A model generated the notes under the pieces. That model saw only the letters and a list, made by a program, of their open reading frames with translations, searched no databases and was not told the DNA's origin. The position numbers and the translations under genes were made by a program. This document shows, piece by piece, positions 20,813 through 30,139 of a stretch of 64,000 bases of DNA (the first letter of the stretch is position 1; every line of letters starts with the position of its first letter). The stretch covers positions 64,001 to 128,000 of the forward strand of contig JAHPZH010000004.1 of assembly GCA_019058315.1 (NCBI GenBank). Reading direction: 5' to 3'. Source of the DNA: Candidatus Helarchaeota archaeon. GTDB lineage: Archaea; Asgardarchaeota; Lokiarchaeia; Helarchaeales; RDOG01.

Positions 20813-21427
20813 TTAGAACACAATTTCAGGAATACTTAATAGGTTTTTTTTGGTGTAATCTTGAATAAAAACCATCGCATCAATAATATCTGCTCGAATA
20901 AGGCCGGGAACATTTATTAAACGTCTATTTTTTTTAATTAGTTCCTTTAAATTTTCTAAAGCCTCAATTTCGGGTTTTAAATTATCGATCAGATTTCCTT
21001 TATCGTTAAAAGCAGTCCTATATAATTCTTTCCAGTTGGTTCCAGTTCCATTCATTAATATATTATAAAATTTTATTCTATTCCTATAAGAATCCTTTAA
21101 GAAACTTATTGCTTCTTCATGAACTTTTGAGCTTTTTCTCAAAACTTGATATATCGGATCTAGACTTAAGACTTCATCAAGTCTATCTTCAATATTTTCA
21201 AAATTTCCTGTAAATTCTTTAGAGAAGCTTAATATTTTATCGAGCATTTCTATAGTCTTTCTGGTTTGTTCGGGACCAATTAAAAGTCTAAAAATAGGTT
21301 CAATCAACGCACCAATAAAGGTGCTTTTAAAATGATCAGATAATTCATTATTTGCGTTTGTTATGGTCTCATTTAGATAGTCTTTTACAATATTAACATT
21401 TTTATCAAGTTCGCTCATTTTCAACAT
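20813..21427 (-). CDS. Hypothetical helical protein, paralog of 20002-20619
   Basis: Same shared segments; overlaps the stop of the HTH-V4R gene (likely start ATG 21418). Confidence 0.7.
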   Translation of the reverse strand: MLKMSELDKNVNIVKDYLNETITNANNELSDHFKSTFIGALIEPIFRLLIGPEQTRKTIEMLDKILSFSKEFTGNFENIEDRLDEVLSLDPIYQVLRKSSKVHEEAISFLKDSYRNRIKFYNILMNGTGTNWKELYRTAFNDKGNLIDNLKPEIEALENLKELIKKNRRLINVPGLIRADIIDAMVFIQDYTKKNLLSIPEIVF

Positions 21428-22100
21428 CTATTTTAGTAATCAGATATTTACAAGAAGGATGATTATCGCATTTACATTCAACTTCTTTAACATCTACTTC
21501 TTCAGGTGCTATAAATTTATCTATAACTCCTTTGAGCAACCCAACTTGAATTTCACATATTGATCGATAGTCTTTATTACCATCACAAATGCAATTTTGA
21601 ATTTCTAAAAAGAAACTATTCTTGATTTCAGGATTTAAGGCAACCTTTGCTTCAACATTTGCAATTGGATACGTAATTTCCACTGCTAAGGCTGCAAGAT
21701 GAGTGATATTTTCAAAATTTAGTTCAACAGATTGAAACTGTTTGGCGTATAAGTCTGAAGCACCATTTTTAGCCATATCTAACCCAATTTCCCTTGCTAT
21801 TTTTTGATCTTTTAGATATTTTCTAAAAAAGGCAGAATGAAGTAATTGGTAGAATTGAACCATGTATAGATTACGTTCTTCAAAATTTTTTGATTTTCGT
21901 GCAGGATAAAACAATTTGGAAGTTGGTCCCTTCTCAATTTTATAAATCAAATCTTTTTCTGCCAGTTCTTCTAAATATCTCGCTGTTGAATTTCTATTAA
22001 GGTTGATTTTTTCAGCAATCTGTGAAATTGTCAACCCTAAGCTTTCTGTTTCTAGCAGATTAAGTATTTTAAATTTCTGTCTTGAAGATCTTACATTCAA
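21405..22100 (-). CDS. wHTH-V4R (4-vinyl reductase domain) transcriptional regulator
   Basis: LTISQIAEKI.LNR.S..RYL.EL HTH; C.C, C....G.L.G, E.EC......C.Y V4R pattern; GGTGA SD plus TTG. Confidence 0.85.
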   Translation of the reverse strand: MNVRSSRQKFKILNLLETESLGLTISQIAEKINLNRNSTARYLEELAEKDLIYKIEKGPTSKLFYPARKSKNFEERNLYMVQFYQLLHSAFFRKYLKDQKIAREIGLDMAKNGASDLYAKQFQSVELNFENITHLAALAVEITYPIANVEAKVALNPEIKNSFFLEIQNCICDGNKDYRSICEIQVGLLKGVIDKFIAPEEVDVKEVECKCDNHPSCKYLITKIDVENERT

Positions 22101-22116
22101 AAATATTCACCAAATA

Positions 22117-22136
22117 AGGGTCATTTTTTTGACCCT
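22117..22136. promoter_or_regulatory. Inverted repeat AGGGTCA-N6-TGACCCT (operator or hairpin)
   Basis: Perfect 7-bp arms just upstream of the HTH-V4R SD. Confidence 0.5.
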
Positions 22137-22150
22137 CTAAGTGTTTTTTT

Positions 22151-22185
22151 TTGTTTATCACGTTTTTTCTTGTTTATCACGTTTT
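22151..22185. repeat. Direct repeat TTGTTTATCACGTTTT x2 (period 19)
   Basis: Exact 16-mer at 22151 and 22170 in the divergent intergenic region. Confidence 0.75.
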
Positions 22186-22463
22186 ACTTTAAGATTTTAA
22201 AAATATAATTTAATAACTTAAAAGTATTTTAAAATCATAAAATATTTCTTAAATAATTAATAGCAAATTTGGAGGGTAGTTTTGCTAGTAAGTAAGATTT
22301 TTAAGGCTATAGTTGTCTTTTTTTAACTAATTTGAAAAAATCATTTGATATTTATAATTATAAAATATTAATTTTTATAAATTCAATCCAAAGAGGAAAA
22401 ATATTAATAATTTTGGCAAATATGCAATAATTCGATTAATAGAAAATTTGCTATAATTCTAAA

Positions 22464-25094
22464 ATGAAAATGAAGGGATGTTTTTTGACAGCAGTTGAAG
22501 AGTTTTTTAACGGAAAAAATAAAATTTCAGATCGTGTTCATAATTCTAAGATTATTATAGAGCGAATGGAAGAAATAAACGGTACTTCCCAATTTTTTGC
22601 TGATAGATTGGATAGAAGAATTAAAAAATCAGCAGTTAATTCTCTTCCCGTAGTCGATACTTTCCTCGATTTCTTCCAAATTTCAATTTTAGAGACAATT
22701 TTACAATTTTTTGATCTTCGAGTTAAAGAAATAATCGTAGGCATGGAAAGAATCCCTGAGGAGGCTGTAATTTTTGCTCCTAATCATGAGACCGAAACAG
22801 AGCATCTATATCTTGCTCGTGCTTGTTGCGAAAGGAGGGATTTAGATTATCCTTTTAGAATTTTAAAATTTCTAAATCCTAAGCAAATCGCAAGGAAAAA
22901 ACAGGTTCCAATCTTTTTTGCAAAATATCAATTATTTAACTTGCCGATAGTCAGCACTCTTTTTTCATCTACTGCTTTCCCTGTGGAACGGGAAATAAAG
23001 GATACTAGATCATTAGAAATTGGCAGTAGATTTCTCCAAAGGGGGTCTAATATTCTAATTTATCCCGAAGGAACAAGAAATTTGGAGAAAAAAGCAAAAC
23101 CAAAATCTGGAGCGGTTCGTCTTGCCATTCAAAACAAAGTTCCAATTATTCCAGTTGGACATGTTGGCTTATATGAGCTAACTAAAGGTAGTTTCGTTCC
23201 GAGTAGAAACGGGTACTGGCATTGTGAGTTCGGTGAGCCAATATATTACGACAAATATTACAATCAAGAGGTTGATTACTTAACCTTAAGAGAATTAACC
23301 GACGAACTTATGGATGAAATAGAAAAACTAAAAGAAAATGGTAGGAGAAAAATAAAGGAATTAAATGAAATAAAAGACAATAAAGCATATAGTGGTCATA
23401 TTAATGAAGTGGTGGTACATAAATTTAATAAATTGAATAAGGTTCCAAACAACCCAATTGATTCTTTATTTCGGAGTTTCATGAATTTCACTTCAAAAAT
23501 CCCCATTATTGGAGAACGAGTTGATTCCTTTTTTCATTTCTTAGTTCGTTTGGGTGTTGATTCTTTAATAAATCCGTTAACTTTTGACGTCAAAATTAAT
23601 GGTAAGGAAAACCTAGAAGGTGTAAAACCCGCTGTAATTTGTTCTAATCATGAATCTTTTCTAGAAATTGGACTATATGGTTTGTATTTAATTGATCCTA
23701 AAATGACAAATTATTATGGTTATCTACTACCTGGAGATAATAATAGCATAGATAAAACTTGGTTTATGATGAAGAAGGAACTTGCAGAAATGCCAATTGT
23801 TTCCAGTTGGACTCTTTCTGCTGGTGGTTTTCCGGTAAGAAGAGGGGAAAGTGACAAAGAAGCAATGCGAGTTGCAGAAGAATTAATTAAACGAAATAGA
23901 AATGTGGTAATGTTTCCTCAACAGACTACTTATCCTGAAATTGACGTAGATTCCGGAAAAACTGGAGCAGTGCGCTTAGCAATTGATGCTAAGAGACCAG
24001 TGATTCCAGTATCTATTAAGGGATCACACAATGCTATGAAAAGAGGAGTTTTACAACTTCTTTTCCCACCCAAAGCATTTCCTATTGAAATTAATATTGG
24101 AAAACCGATTTATTATGAAGAATATTATGATAAGGAACCCACATATGAAGAATTGAAGACATTAACTAGAGATTTAATGATTAAAATAAAAGATATGCAA
24201 GATAAGAAAATCGTTGAATATAAGGAAAATAATAATAGAATTCATTCACCAGTAGATTGGATATTTAAAAGTATAGGAAATTTAGTGGGATTACCAAGAA
24301 GAAATTTGCAGGATTCGACTAGAAAACTCCCTTTTGAAAAAATTGTAAATAAAATAACTGATTCAGCAGGAATTACAAGCACAGTTAGTAAAAAAGACAA
24401 GTCAAAAGAACCAGTTTCATTAAATATGATTGATTCATACTTAATGCGTTTGAAGAAACAAGGAGAAAAATTAGGATTATTTCCATTCTTAGACGATCTT
24501 TTTTATTCTTTTACAAAACGTTCATTGGATTTACTAATAAAGAATCTATATAATTTCAAAGTTGAGGGTGCTGAAAATATACCTACTAACGGAGACGTAG
24601 GAGTAATCCTTCTAGCCCAAAGTGGGTCTCAACTTGATTTTGTTATGGGAAGTTGTATTATTCCTGAAAAAGTTCACTTTATGATTGATTCTAAAACTTA
24701 CAAAATGCCTGTTGTATCGACGCTTCTTCAATCTCTTGGGTTTTTTCGTCAATCCGTCTCACAGACAGATTTTGGACCACTTTTACATGTTAGAGATCTG
24801 TTAAAAAGCAAGAAGATTGTTGGAATTTTTCCTCAAATTAAAGGAAAAGAAAACATGATTAAATACATTGCAGGCATTTTAAAAATGGCAATTGATGGGA
24901 AACCGACTATTATCGTTCCACTAGCAATTAAAGGGACAGACACACCAATTCCACCTGTCAATATTAATGTGGCGATAGGTAAACCAATAGGACCATTCAA
25001 AAGAATGAAACGAGAGAAAAGGTACGAACTTGCAGAAGAAATATATAATAATATCAAAGATGTGAAAACTCAAGCCTATGAGATGAGAAAATAA
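22464..25094 (+). CDS. Lysophospholipid acyltransferase with three tandem PlsC domains
   Basis: NHETETE/FAK/YPEGTR/KSGAVRLA; NHESFLE/FPVRRG/FPQQT/KTGAVRLA; degenerate third domain (SQLD, IFP, IVPLAI.GT). Confidence 0.85.
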   Translation: MKMKGCFLTAVEEFFNGKNKISDRVHNSKIIIERMEEINGTSQFFADRLDRRIKKSAVNSLPVVDTFLDFFQISILETILQFFDLRVKEIIVGMERIPEEAVIFAPNHETETEHLYLARACCERRDLDYPFRILKFLNPKQIARKKQVPIFFAKYQLFNLPIVSTLFSSTAFPVEREIKDTRSLEIGSRFLQRGSNILIYPEGTRNLEKKAKPKSGAVRLAIQNKVPIIPVGHVGLYELTKGSFVPSRNGYWHCEFGEPIYYDKYYNQEVDYLTLRELTDELMDEIEKLKENGRRKIKELNEIKDNKAYSGHINEVVVHKFNKLNKVPNNPIDSLFRSFMNFTSKIPIIGERVDSFFHFLVRLGVDSLINPLTFDVKINGKENLEGVKPAVICSNHESFLEIGLYGLYLIDPKMTNYYGYLLPGDNNSIDKTWFMMKKELAEMPIVSSWTLSAGGFPVRRGESDKEAMRVAEELIKRNRNVVMFPQQTTYPEIDVDSGKTGAVRLAIDAKRPVIPVSIKGSHNAMKRGVLQLLFPPKAFPIEINIGKPIYYEEYYDKEPTYEELKTLTRDLMIKIKDMQDKKIVEYKENNNRIHSPVDWIFKSIGNLVGLPRRNLQDSTRKLPFEKIVNKITDSAGITSTVSKKDKSKEPVSLNMIDSYLMRLKKQGEKLGLFPFLDDLFYSFTKRSLDLLIKNLYNFKVEGAENIPTNGDVGVILLAQSGSQLDFVMGSCIIPEKVHFMIDSKTYKMPVVSTLLQSLGFFRQSVSQTDFGPLLHVRDLLKSKKIVGIFPQIKGKENMIKYIAGILKMAIDGKPTIIVPLAIKGTDTPIPPVNINVAIGKPIGPFKRMKREKRYELAEEIYNNIKDVKTQAYEMRK

Positions 25095-25109
25095 TTAGAG
25101 GATAGTTTA

Positions 25110-26486
25110 TTGACGGAATTCACAGAACCAATTCATGCAAAGGAATATGAAAATTTGCCATCCGAGCAAAAAAAGCAAGTAATTAGTCTAAATTACGGTA
25201 AGAAAATGTTACAATTAAAGATTCCAAAACATAATTTTAATGGTCTTATTGAACCAACCGAATTAAAACAAACAAATTCAGATAATCTAAAAATGCTAAA
25301 TAATGCATTAGATAATCCACATAATTGTAATTTGGAAGAATTAATTAAAAATAAGAAAGTATGTATTCTTTTAGAAGATGGAACTAGAAAATCACAACAT
25401 GAATTAATAATTGATGTTGTGACTAACAGATTACAATCTGCAAATAAAATCTCTTATGTAATAACTACTGGGTCTCATGATCCAGATACGGATGAGAATG
25501 AAAAGATAACTGACGCTATTATGGTAGCTGTTGAAAAACATCTAATTCCAAATGTTGAAATTTTAATCCATGATTGCTTCAAACATGAATATATCGATGT
25601 GGGTACAACTAGTTTTGGAACTAAAGTACTAATAAATAAGTTTGCATCCAATTATGATGTTTATTTTGTAATTTCTGATATGAAAACTCATTATTTTGCT
25701 GGATATTCAAATCCAATTAAGAATTTTCTTCCTGGAATTTGTGCTTATGAGACAATTGAAAAAAATCATTCATTAGCACTAGATGATTATTCAACTTTTT
25801 GCAGACACCCTTTACATCCCGAAAAAAACAAAAAAAGACAACCTTTAGCAGAAGATATGCTTGAAGCTGTTTATTTGATGACAAAAAATGCCAATATATT
25901 TGTTTTAGGATTAATTTCTTTAAAAAACAAGATAATATGGTGTGAAGCTGGAGATTTAGCAACTGTTACGGCTAATGGGATTCAAAAAGTAAATCAAATT
26001 GGAAGTTTCGTTTTAGAAGAAAAATCTGATTTTATTATAGTTTCTGCTGGGGGATATCCTTATGATGGTAGTCTTTATGATTCTCAAAGGGCTTTAGAAT
26101 TAACTAAAAATGCTCTAAAAGACGGAGGGGAAATTCTGTTCTTAGCCGAATGTGGAATTGGAGATGGCATCGCACCAAATGAGAAGGCTAAGAAATTTTT
26201 CTATGATGAATTATCAAAACCGTTAGATGAGGTTTTAAGAGGTATAGAAAAAGAATATAAATTATATACTCATAAAGCATATAAATTTGCTAAATTATTA
26301 AAAAATTCAAAAATTTGGGTTAAATCAGGTTTAAATAAAGAAATTTTAGAAAATATTCACTTAAATCCAATCATTGATAATCCTCAAAAAATTATTGATA
26401 ATTGGATAAATCAAAAACCAAATGCCAAAATTACTGCATTTAATCATGGCAGCAAATTGGCTATTTATATTAATAATGGAGGTTGA
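25110..26486 (+). CDS. LarA-family (nickel-pincer) racemase/epimerase homolog (DUF2088)
   Basis: D.TR, TGSH, HDC, HYFAGYS...K..LPG, NH, SAGGYP.D..LY. Confidence 0.85.
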   Translation: MTEFTEPIHAKEYENLPSEQKKQVISLNYGKKMLQLKIPKHNFNGLIEPTELKQTNSDNLKMLNNALDNPHNCNLEELIKNKKVCILLEDGTRKSQHELIIDVVTNRLQSANKISYVITTGSHDPDTDENEKITDAIMVAVEKHLIPNVEILIHDCFKHEYIDVGTTSFGTKVLINKFASNYDVYFVISDMKTHYFAGYSNPIKNFLPGICAYETIEKNHSLALDDYSTFCRHPLHPEKNKKRQPLAEDMLEAVYLMTKNANIFVLGLISLKNKIIWCEAGDLATVTANGIQKVNQIGSFVLEEKSDFIIVSAGGYPYDGSLYDSQRALELTKNALKDGGEILFLAECGIGDGIAPNEKAKKFFYDELSKPLDEVLRGIEKEYKLYTHKAYKFAKLLKNSKIWVKSGLNKEILENIHLNPIIDNPQKIIDNWINQKPNAKITAFNHGSKLAIYINNGG

Positions 26487-26489
26487 AAC

Positions 26490-27956
26490 ATGGCAATAAT
26501 AACAAATGAAGACGTAAATTTAAATGAAAAGAAAGCAATAATATTCGACTGGGATGGAACGCTGTTCAACAGCTTTCCAGCAATTAAAACAGCAACCAAA
26601 GATGTATTAGAAAGATTTGATATTGACTATCCCGTTGATGATGCAGTCATACAATTTTTAAATCTAATGGAAGAAATCAATACAAGTACTCTTTCAGAAA
26701 TAGTATTAAATTCATATAAAATATTAAATAAAATAACATTTATCAAAAATCTATCATATACAAAGAAATTACAATTACTATTTCTGATATATTCAACATA
26801 TAAAAAATACAATGAACAATCTCAATTATTTAAGGGAACTGTCGAGTTATTAAACAATCTATCTAAAAAATTTGATTTGGCAATCTTTACAAGTTCAAAG
26901 AGAAAGGTTATTTTAGAATTATTAGAAAAATTCGGTATTAAAGAATATTTCAAATCCGTCTTAAGTATGGATGATGTTAACAACCCAAAACCAAACCCAG
27001 AAGGTATATTGAAAGCAATATCAGAATTAAATCATGGCCCCGATAACATAATTTATGTAGGCGATTTAAAAACAGACATTTTAGCTGCTAGAGCTGCAAA
27101 TATCAGTTCTATAGCCGTATATAATGGTCTAGTTCAAAGGGAAGAAATTTTAAATCAACAGCCAGATTTATTCTGTGAGCATATAACAGAACTCTCAAAA
27201 TTCTTTGATTTCCCAGAAATCCAAGTTGACCCAAAGGCTGATTTTGAAGCAGATATAGAGTTCCATGCAAAAAAGATAAAAACATATGTTAGAGAAGAAT
27301 TTAATATATTCGAATTATTAGATAACGTTGTTCCAAAAAATTTGGAAACAGAACATGTTATTAAAATAGTAGGCGATCCCTTAGGTTTCATTGGAGCAAT
27401 TGTTGAGGATGTTATTACTAATTATACCCATGGGGAATTTGAAATGAGTTCTGAACTCGATGTATTTACAGGTTTAGAAGAAGATTTATTGCGATCATTA
27501 GGTCTAATTATCATCCATTTTGTTAATGAACGATCCAACAATATGATTAAAAGAATCGTTGAAAATGAATTACTTCGTATTCCATCTAATATTATGCTAG
27601 GTCTTCTAAAGATATCATTAAAAAATTTATATCCAGAAGGATATAAAGAAAATTTTAAAACATTTTTCTTAGGATTATTCCAAAGAATTATTCCACAAGA
27701 TATTTATGATGAGCTAGAGACACTAGATCCACATGAATTTTCAAATCACGTTCTAGAAGGATGCGAACTTGCTTTAATCGATTTAGGATTAAAAAAATCA
27801 GGAGAATTTAATATTCCTATGAATGAACTAGCTTTTAGACCGTTCAATTTCGTCCTTAAATTCATAAATCAAACATTTGGAAGGATGTTCGAACGCTATA
27901 GGAAAATTGCATTGGATATTTTAGAAAATGATTTCAGACGTCTACCAACGAATTAA
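26490..27956 (+). CDS. HAD-family phosphatase with long C-terminal extension
   Basis: FDWDGTL, TS, KPNPE, YVGD...D; about 240 extra residues of unknown function. Confidence 0.85.
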   Translation: MAIITNEDVNLNEKKAIIFDWDGTLFNSFPAIKTATKDVLERFDIDYPVDDAVIQFLNLMEEINTSTLSEIVLNSYKILNKITFIKNLSYTKKLQLLFLIYSTYKKYNEQSQLFKGTVELLNNLSKKFDLAIFTSSKRKVILELLEKFGIKEYFKSVLSMDDVNNPKPNPEGILKAISELNHGPDNIIYVGDLKTDILAARAANISSIAVYNGLVQREEILNQQPDLFCEHITELSKFFDFPEIQVDPKADFEADIEFHAKKIKTYVREEFNIFELLDNVVPKNLETEHVIKIVGDPLGFIGAIVEDVITNYTHGEFEMSSELDVFTGLEEDLLRSLGLIIIHFVNERSNNMIKRIVENELLRIPSNIMLGLLKISLKNLYPEGYKENFKTFFLGLFQRIIPQDIYDELETLDPHEFSNHVLEGCELALIDLGLKKSGEFNIPMNELAFRPFNFVLKFINQTFGRMFERYRKIALDILENDFRRLPTN

Positions 27957-27968
27957 CAGGTGATGTAA

Positions 27969-28997
27969 ATTAAAAAGAAGATCGGTATTCCTAGAAGTTT
28001 ATTGTATTATAAATATTATCCCATATGGAAGGCATTTTTTGAAGAACTGGACTTTGAAGTAGTTTTAAGTGATAAAACTAATAATAAAATCATGGATGAA
28101 GGGAGCAGATACGCTATAGACGAAATCTGTATTCCTTTAAAACTCTACTACGGTCATGTTCTTAATTTAATTCGAAAAGAAATTGATTATCTATTCGTTC
28201 CACGATATATTTCCACCACTTTCGGCACATATATGTGCCCAAAGTTTTTAGGTCTACCAGATATGGTAAGAGGAACTCTAGATAACCTTCCAACGATTAT
28301 AGAACTTGAAATTGATTTGAGAAAAAAGCCGAATTTTTATTCTGCTTACGAAACTGGGAGACAATTGAATAGACCTGTCTCTAAAATAATGAAGGCATTC
28401 AATAAATCAATTAAAATATATAAGTTTTTTAGAGAAATAATGGAAAGAGGATTTACATTTCAACAAGCTCTTGCTCTAATAAATAAAAATCCTTCAGAAA
28501 TACCACAAAAAGCAGAGGAAAATAATGCAGAAGCTACTATAGCAATAATAGGGCACGGATATAATATTCATGAACCCTTTATTAACATGGATTTGTTAAA
28601 AAAACTGAAAAAAATGAATGTAAAAGTAATAACATTGGAGAATTTGCCTATAGATATTTTCAAAAAACGAACTATAATCACAAACACCCTAAAAAATTAT
28701 TGGGGTAACGAAGAAGAAATTCTATCCGCAATGAATTATTTATTTGAACAGAAAGATATTGACGGGATAATCTTCATTTGTAGCTTTTGTTGTGGTCCTG
28801 ATTCGTTAATTGATGAAATAATTACAAGAGATGCAAAAAAAATTAATCTTCCATACATCTGCCTTGTTTTAGATGAGCATTCAGGACAAGCTGGAGTAAT
28901 AACAAGGATTGAAGCATTTGTTGATATGATAATTCGTAAGAAGAAAACATTGAAATTAGAAAAAATAGAAAAAATAAAACTAAAAACACCAGATTAA
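27969..28997 (+). CDS. CoA-activase-associated DUF2229 protein (PlsA/Ger reductase-module-like); probable ATT start
   Basis: KIGIPRSL lies upstream of the track start (28002); C.PLK...GH, CPKF.G.PD, CSFCCGPD, DEH.G.AG..TRIEAF. Confidence 0.8.
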   Translation: MKKKIGIPRSLLYYKYYPIWKAFFEELDFEVVLSDKTNNKIMDEGSRYAIDEICIPLKLYYGHVLNLIRKEIDYLFVPRYISTTFGTYMCPKFLGLPDMVRGTLDNLPTIIELEIDLRKKPNFYSAYETGRQLNRPVSKIMKAFNKSIKIYKFFREIMERGFTFQQALALINKNPSEIPQKAEENNAEATIAIIGHGYNIHEPFINMDLLKKLKKMNVKVITLENLPIDIFKKRTIITNTLKNYWGNEEEILSAMNYLFEQKDIDGIIFICSFCCGPDSLIDEIITRDAKKINLPYICLVLDEHSGQAGVITRIEAFVDMIIRKKKTLKLEKIEKIKLKTPD

Positions 28998-29023
28998 CGA
29001 ATATAAATCGGTGAATACAGTAA

Positions 29024-30139
29024 ATGTTAGTGACTTTCCCTCATATGGGCAATTGTTGGCCTGCTTTCAAAAGCCTTTGCGAAAATATGGGTGCAGATGT
29101 CTATTTACCCAATGAAAATAACACTCAACAGTTAAAAGTAGGATTAAAACATTCCCCTGAATGGGTTTGTTTTCCATTTAAAGTCACACTTTCAAATTTT
29201 GTTGAATGTCTTGAGAATAACGTGAATAAAATAGTAATGGCCACAGATTGCGGACCATGTAGATTCGGATTCTATTATGCTGTCCAAGAGCGCATTTTAA
29301 AAGATTTAGGCTATGAATTTGATATGTATCATCTCCCTCAAGGAGATCTTTTAACTTTAGAATGGGCGGATTTCCTCAGATCAATTTGTGAAGATAAATC
29401 CTATGCTACAACATTAAACATCTATAGGACAGCAAGGGTTTATTTAATGAAATGTCAATTAATTCAAATCACAGAAAAATTAGAAGGTAAAACTAGGTGT
29501 TATGAAAAAAATAAAGGAGATACAACTAGATGCCTTAAACGTTGCGTTAGAATGATTGACGATGCTAAAACTTACTCTCAATTGAGAAAAACAAGATGGA
29601 AAATTAAGGAAGAATTTAAGAAGATTGATCAACACAAACACAATGGTCAAGCTCTTAAAGTAGGTTTAACTGGGGAGATTCAAGTAACTTTGGATCCTTT
29701 TGTTAACCACGATATTAAACGAAAATTGGGAGAATTGGGATGCGAAGTCCATATGGACTTGAGTCTATATGATTGGATGAAGCACAAATTCCATATTAAT
29801 TTCCATAGAAAATATGTTGAATATTTAAGTAAAACACATAAAAAAATCGGGGGAATTCAATTGGATATTGGAGGAGAGGCATACTGGGTTTTAGGCGAAT
29901 ACATAAATTGGGCTCATAAGGGGTTTGATGGATTTGTACATATTTATCCATTTACTTGTATGCCTGAAATAACCGCGAAATCCATTATAACGAAATGGTA
30001 TGGCGACGAACGCTTTCAACTCCCTCCAGCATTTTTCGGATTTGACGAACACGCTGGAGAAGCCGGTTTAGTTACCCGACTGGAGGCATATACCGATTTA
30101 TTAAAAGCAAAAAAGGAGAAAAAAAATGGTAATAGTTGA
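29024..30139 (+). CDS. 2-hydroxyacyl-CoA dehydratase-like / PlsR-like subunit
   Basis: TFPHMG, SPE..CFP.K, GPCRFG.Y, PFTCMPE, DEH.GEAG..TRLEA. Confidence 0.8.
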   Translation: MLVTFPHMGNCWPAFKSLCENMGADVYLPNENNTQQLKVGLKHSPEWVCFPFKVTLSNFVECLENNVNKIVMATDCGPCRFGFYYAVQERILKDLGYEFDMYHLPQGDLLTLEWADFLRSICEDKSYATTLNIYRTARVYLMKCQLIQITEKLEGKTRCYEKNKGDTTRCLKRCVRMIDDAKTYSQLRKTRWKIKEEFKKIDQHKHNGQALKVGLTGEIQVTLDPFVNHDIKRKLGELGCEVHMDLSLYDWMKHKFHINFHRKYVEYLSKTHKKIGGIQLDIGGEAYWVLGEYINWAHKGFDGFVHIYPFTCMPEITAKSIITKWYGDERFQLPPAFFGFDEHAGEAGLVTRLEAYTDLLKAKKEKKNGNS

